A program made the translations under genes and the position numbers. DNA of 64,000 nt, taken from the NCBI GenBank assembly GCA_964016885.1, contig OZ024743.1:126294001-126358000 (forward strand), given 5' to 3'. Origin of the DNA: Eledone cirrhosa. Its lineage: Eukaryota. This document shows positions 63,426 through 64,000 of this stretch, one piece after another (within the stretch, counting starts at the first letter, position 1; each line of letters starts with the position of its first letter). The notes under the pieces are model-generated. The model saw nothing but the letters and a program-made list of their open reading frames with translations. It was not told the origin of the DNA and made no database searches.

Positions 63426-64000
63426 ACATTTTTTTCTTTATAGCATTCTGGCGACTATATTTTTTAATTTTCCAATGCTTTGTAAGTCAACCAATCTTAC
63501 AAATTTTTTTTTCTAAAAGATCTTATGCATGTGAACTGTATTGAATTTAGTGTTCAAAATAATGAGGATTAAATCTACAGCTCTTGTCAATGTCACTTAC
63601 TTAAAACTACTTATATTTGAAATAAATTTCAGAATACTTTCACTATTTCACTTGATTTCTTGACACAGTACTTTTAAAGATTGATTATATTTCATATGCA
63701 ATATGTATACATACACACATGTGCACATATACATACATACACACACACATACATATATGTATATACATATATATACATACACACAACACACATATACATA
63801 TATATATATATATACATAAGAACATCAAATGATGATGATACATATACATACATAGACATGTACACAAACATATAATTCATTTTATTTACACTTCCAACAT
63901 TTGCTTAGCAAATCAAAAATCATGACTTCTTTCAAAAAGAGAGAGTGGGGAGGGGGGATTAAAAAATTACTATGAGATGTTGAAAGAGATAAATGAAAAT

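Overview
AT-rich eukaryotic DNA dominated by repeats. The SINE/LINE families, (GAT)n tails and microsatellite load look like an octopod (coleoid cephalopod) genome; this is an inference from repeat style. No complete gene is present. One credible 93-bp host coding exon lies on the minus strand (1776-1868), so most of the window is probably intronic or upstream of that gene. The rest is nested mobile DNA: at least three RTE-clade LINE subfamilies with a PHD-like finger in the RT, Tx1-like, CRE-like and BovB-like non-LTR fragments, a copia remnant, an LTR element with only 49 bp between its LTRs, Penelope-like (PLE) fragments, Helitrons, MITEs and two tRNA-derived SINE families. All long ORFs in satellites are artefacts. 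The main leads are: (i) a dispersed set of minimal hammerhead ribozymes, one with an intact core at 2899-2954; (ii) a Nin/Deu-type SINE whose 3' end and (TTA)n target match a Tx1-like LINE; (iii) a SINE that swapped tails between two RTE LINEs at a 5-nt microhomology; (iv) RTE/SINE targeting of (TA)n; and (v) a composite Helitron carrying a promoter and an STPR-like repeat exon. All analysis was by eye and boundaries are approximate unless a TSD or TIR is quoted.
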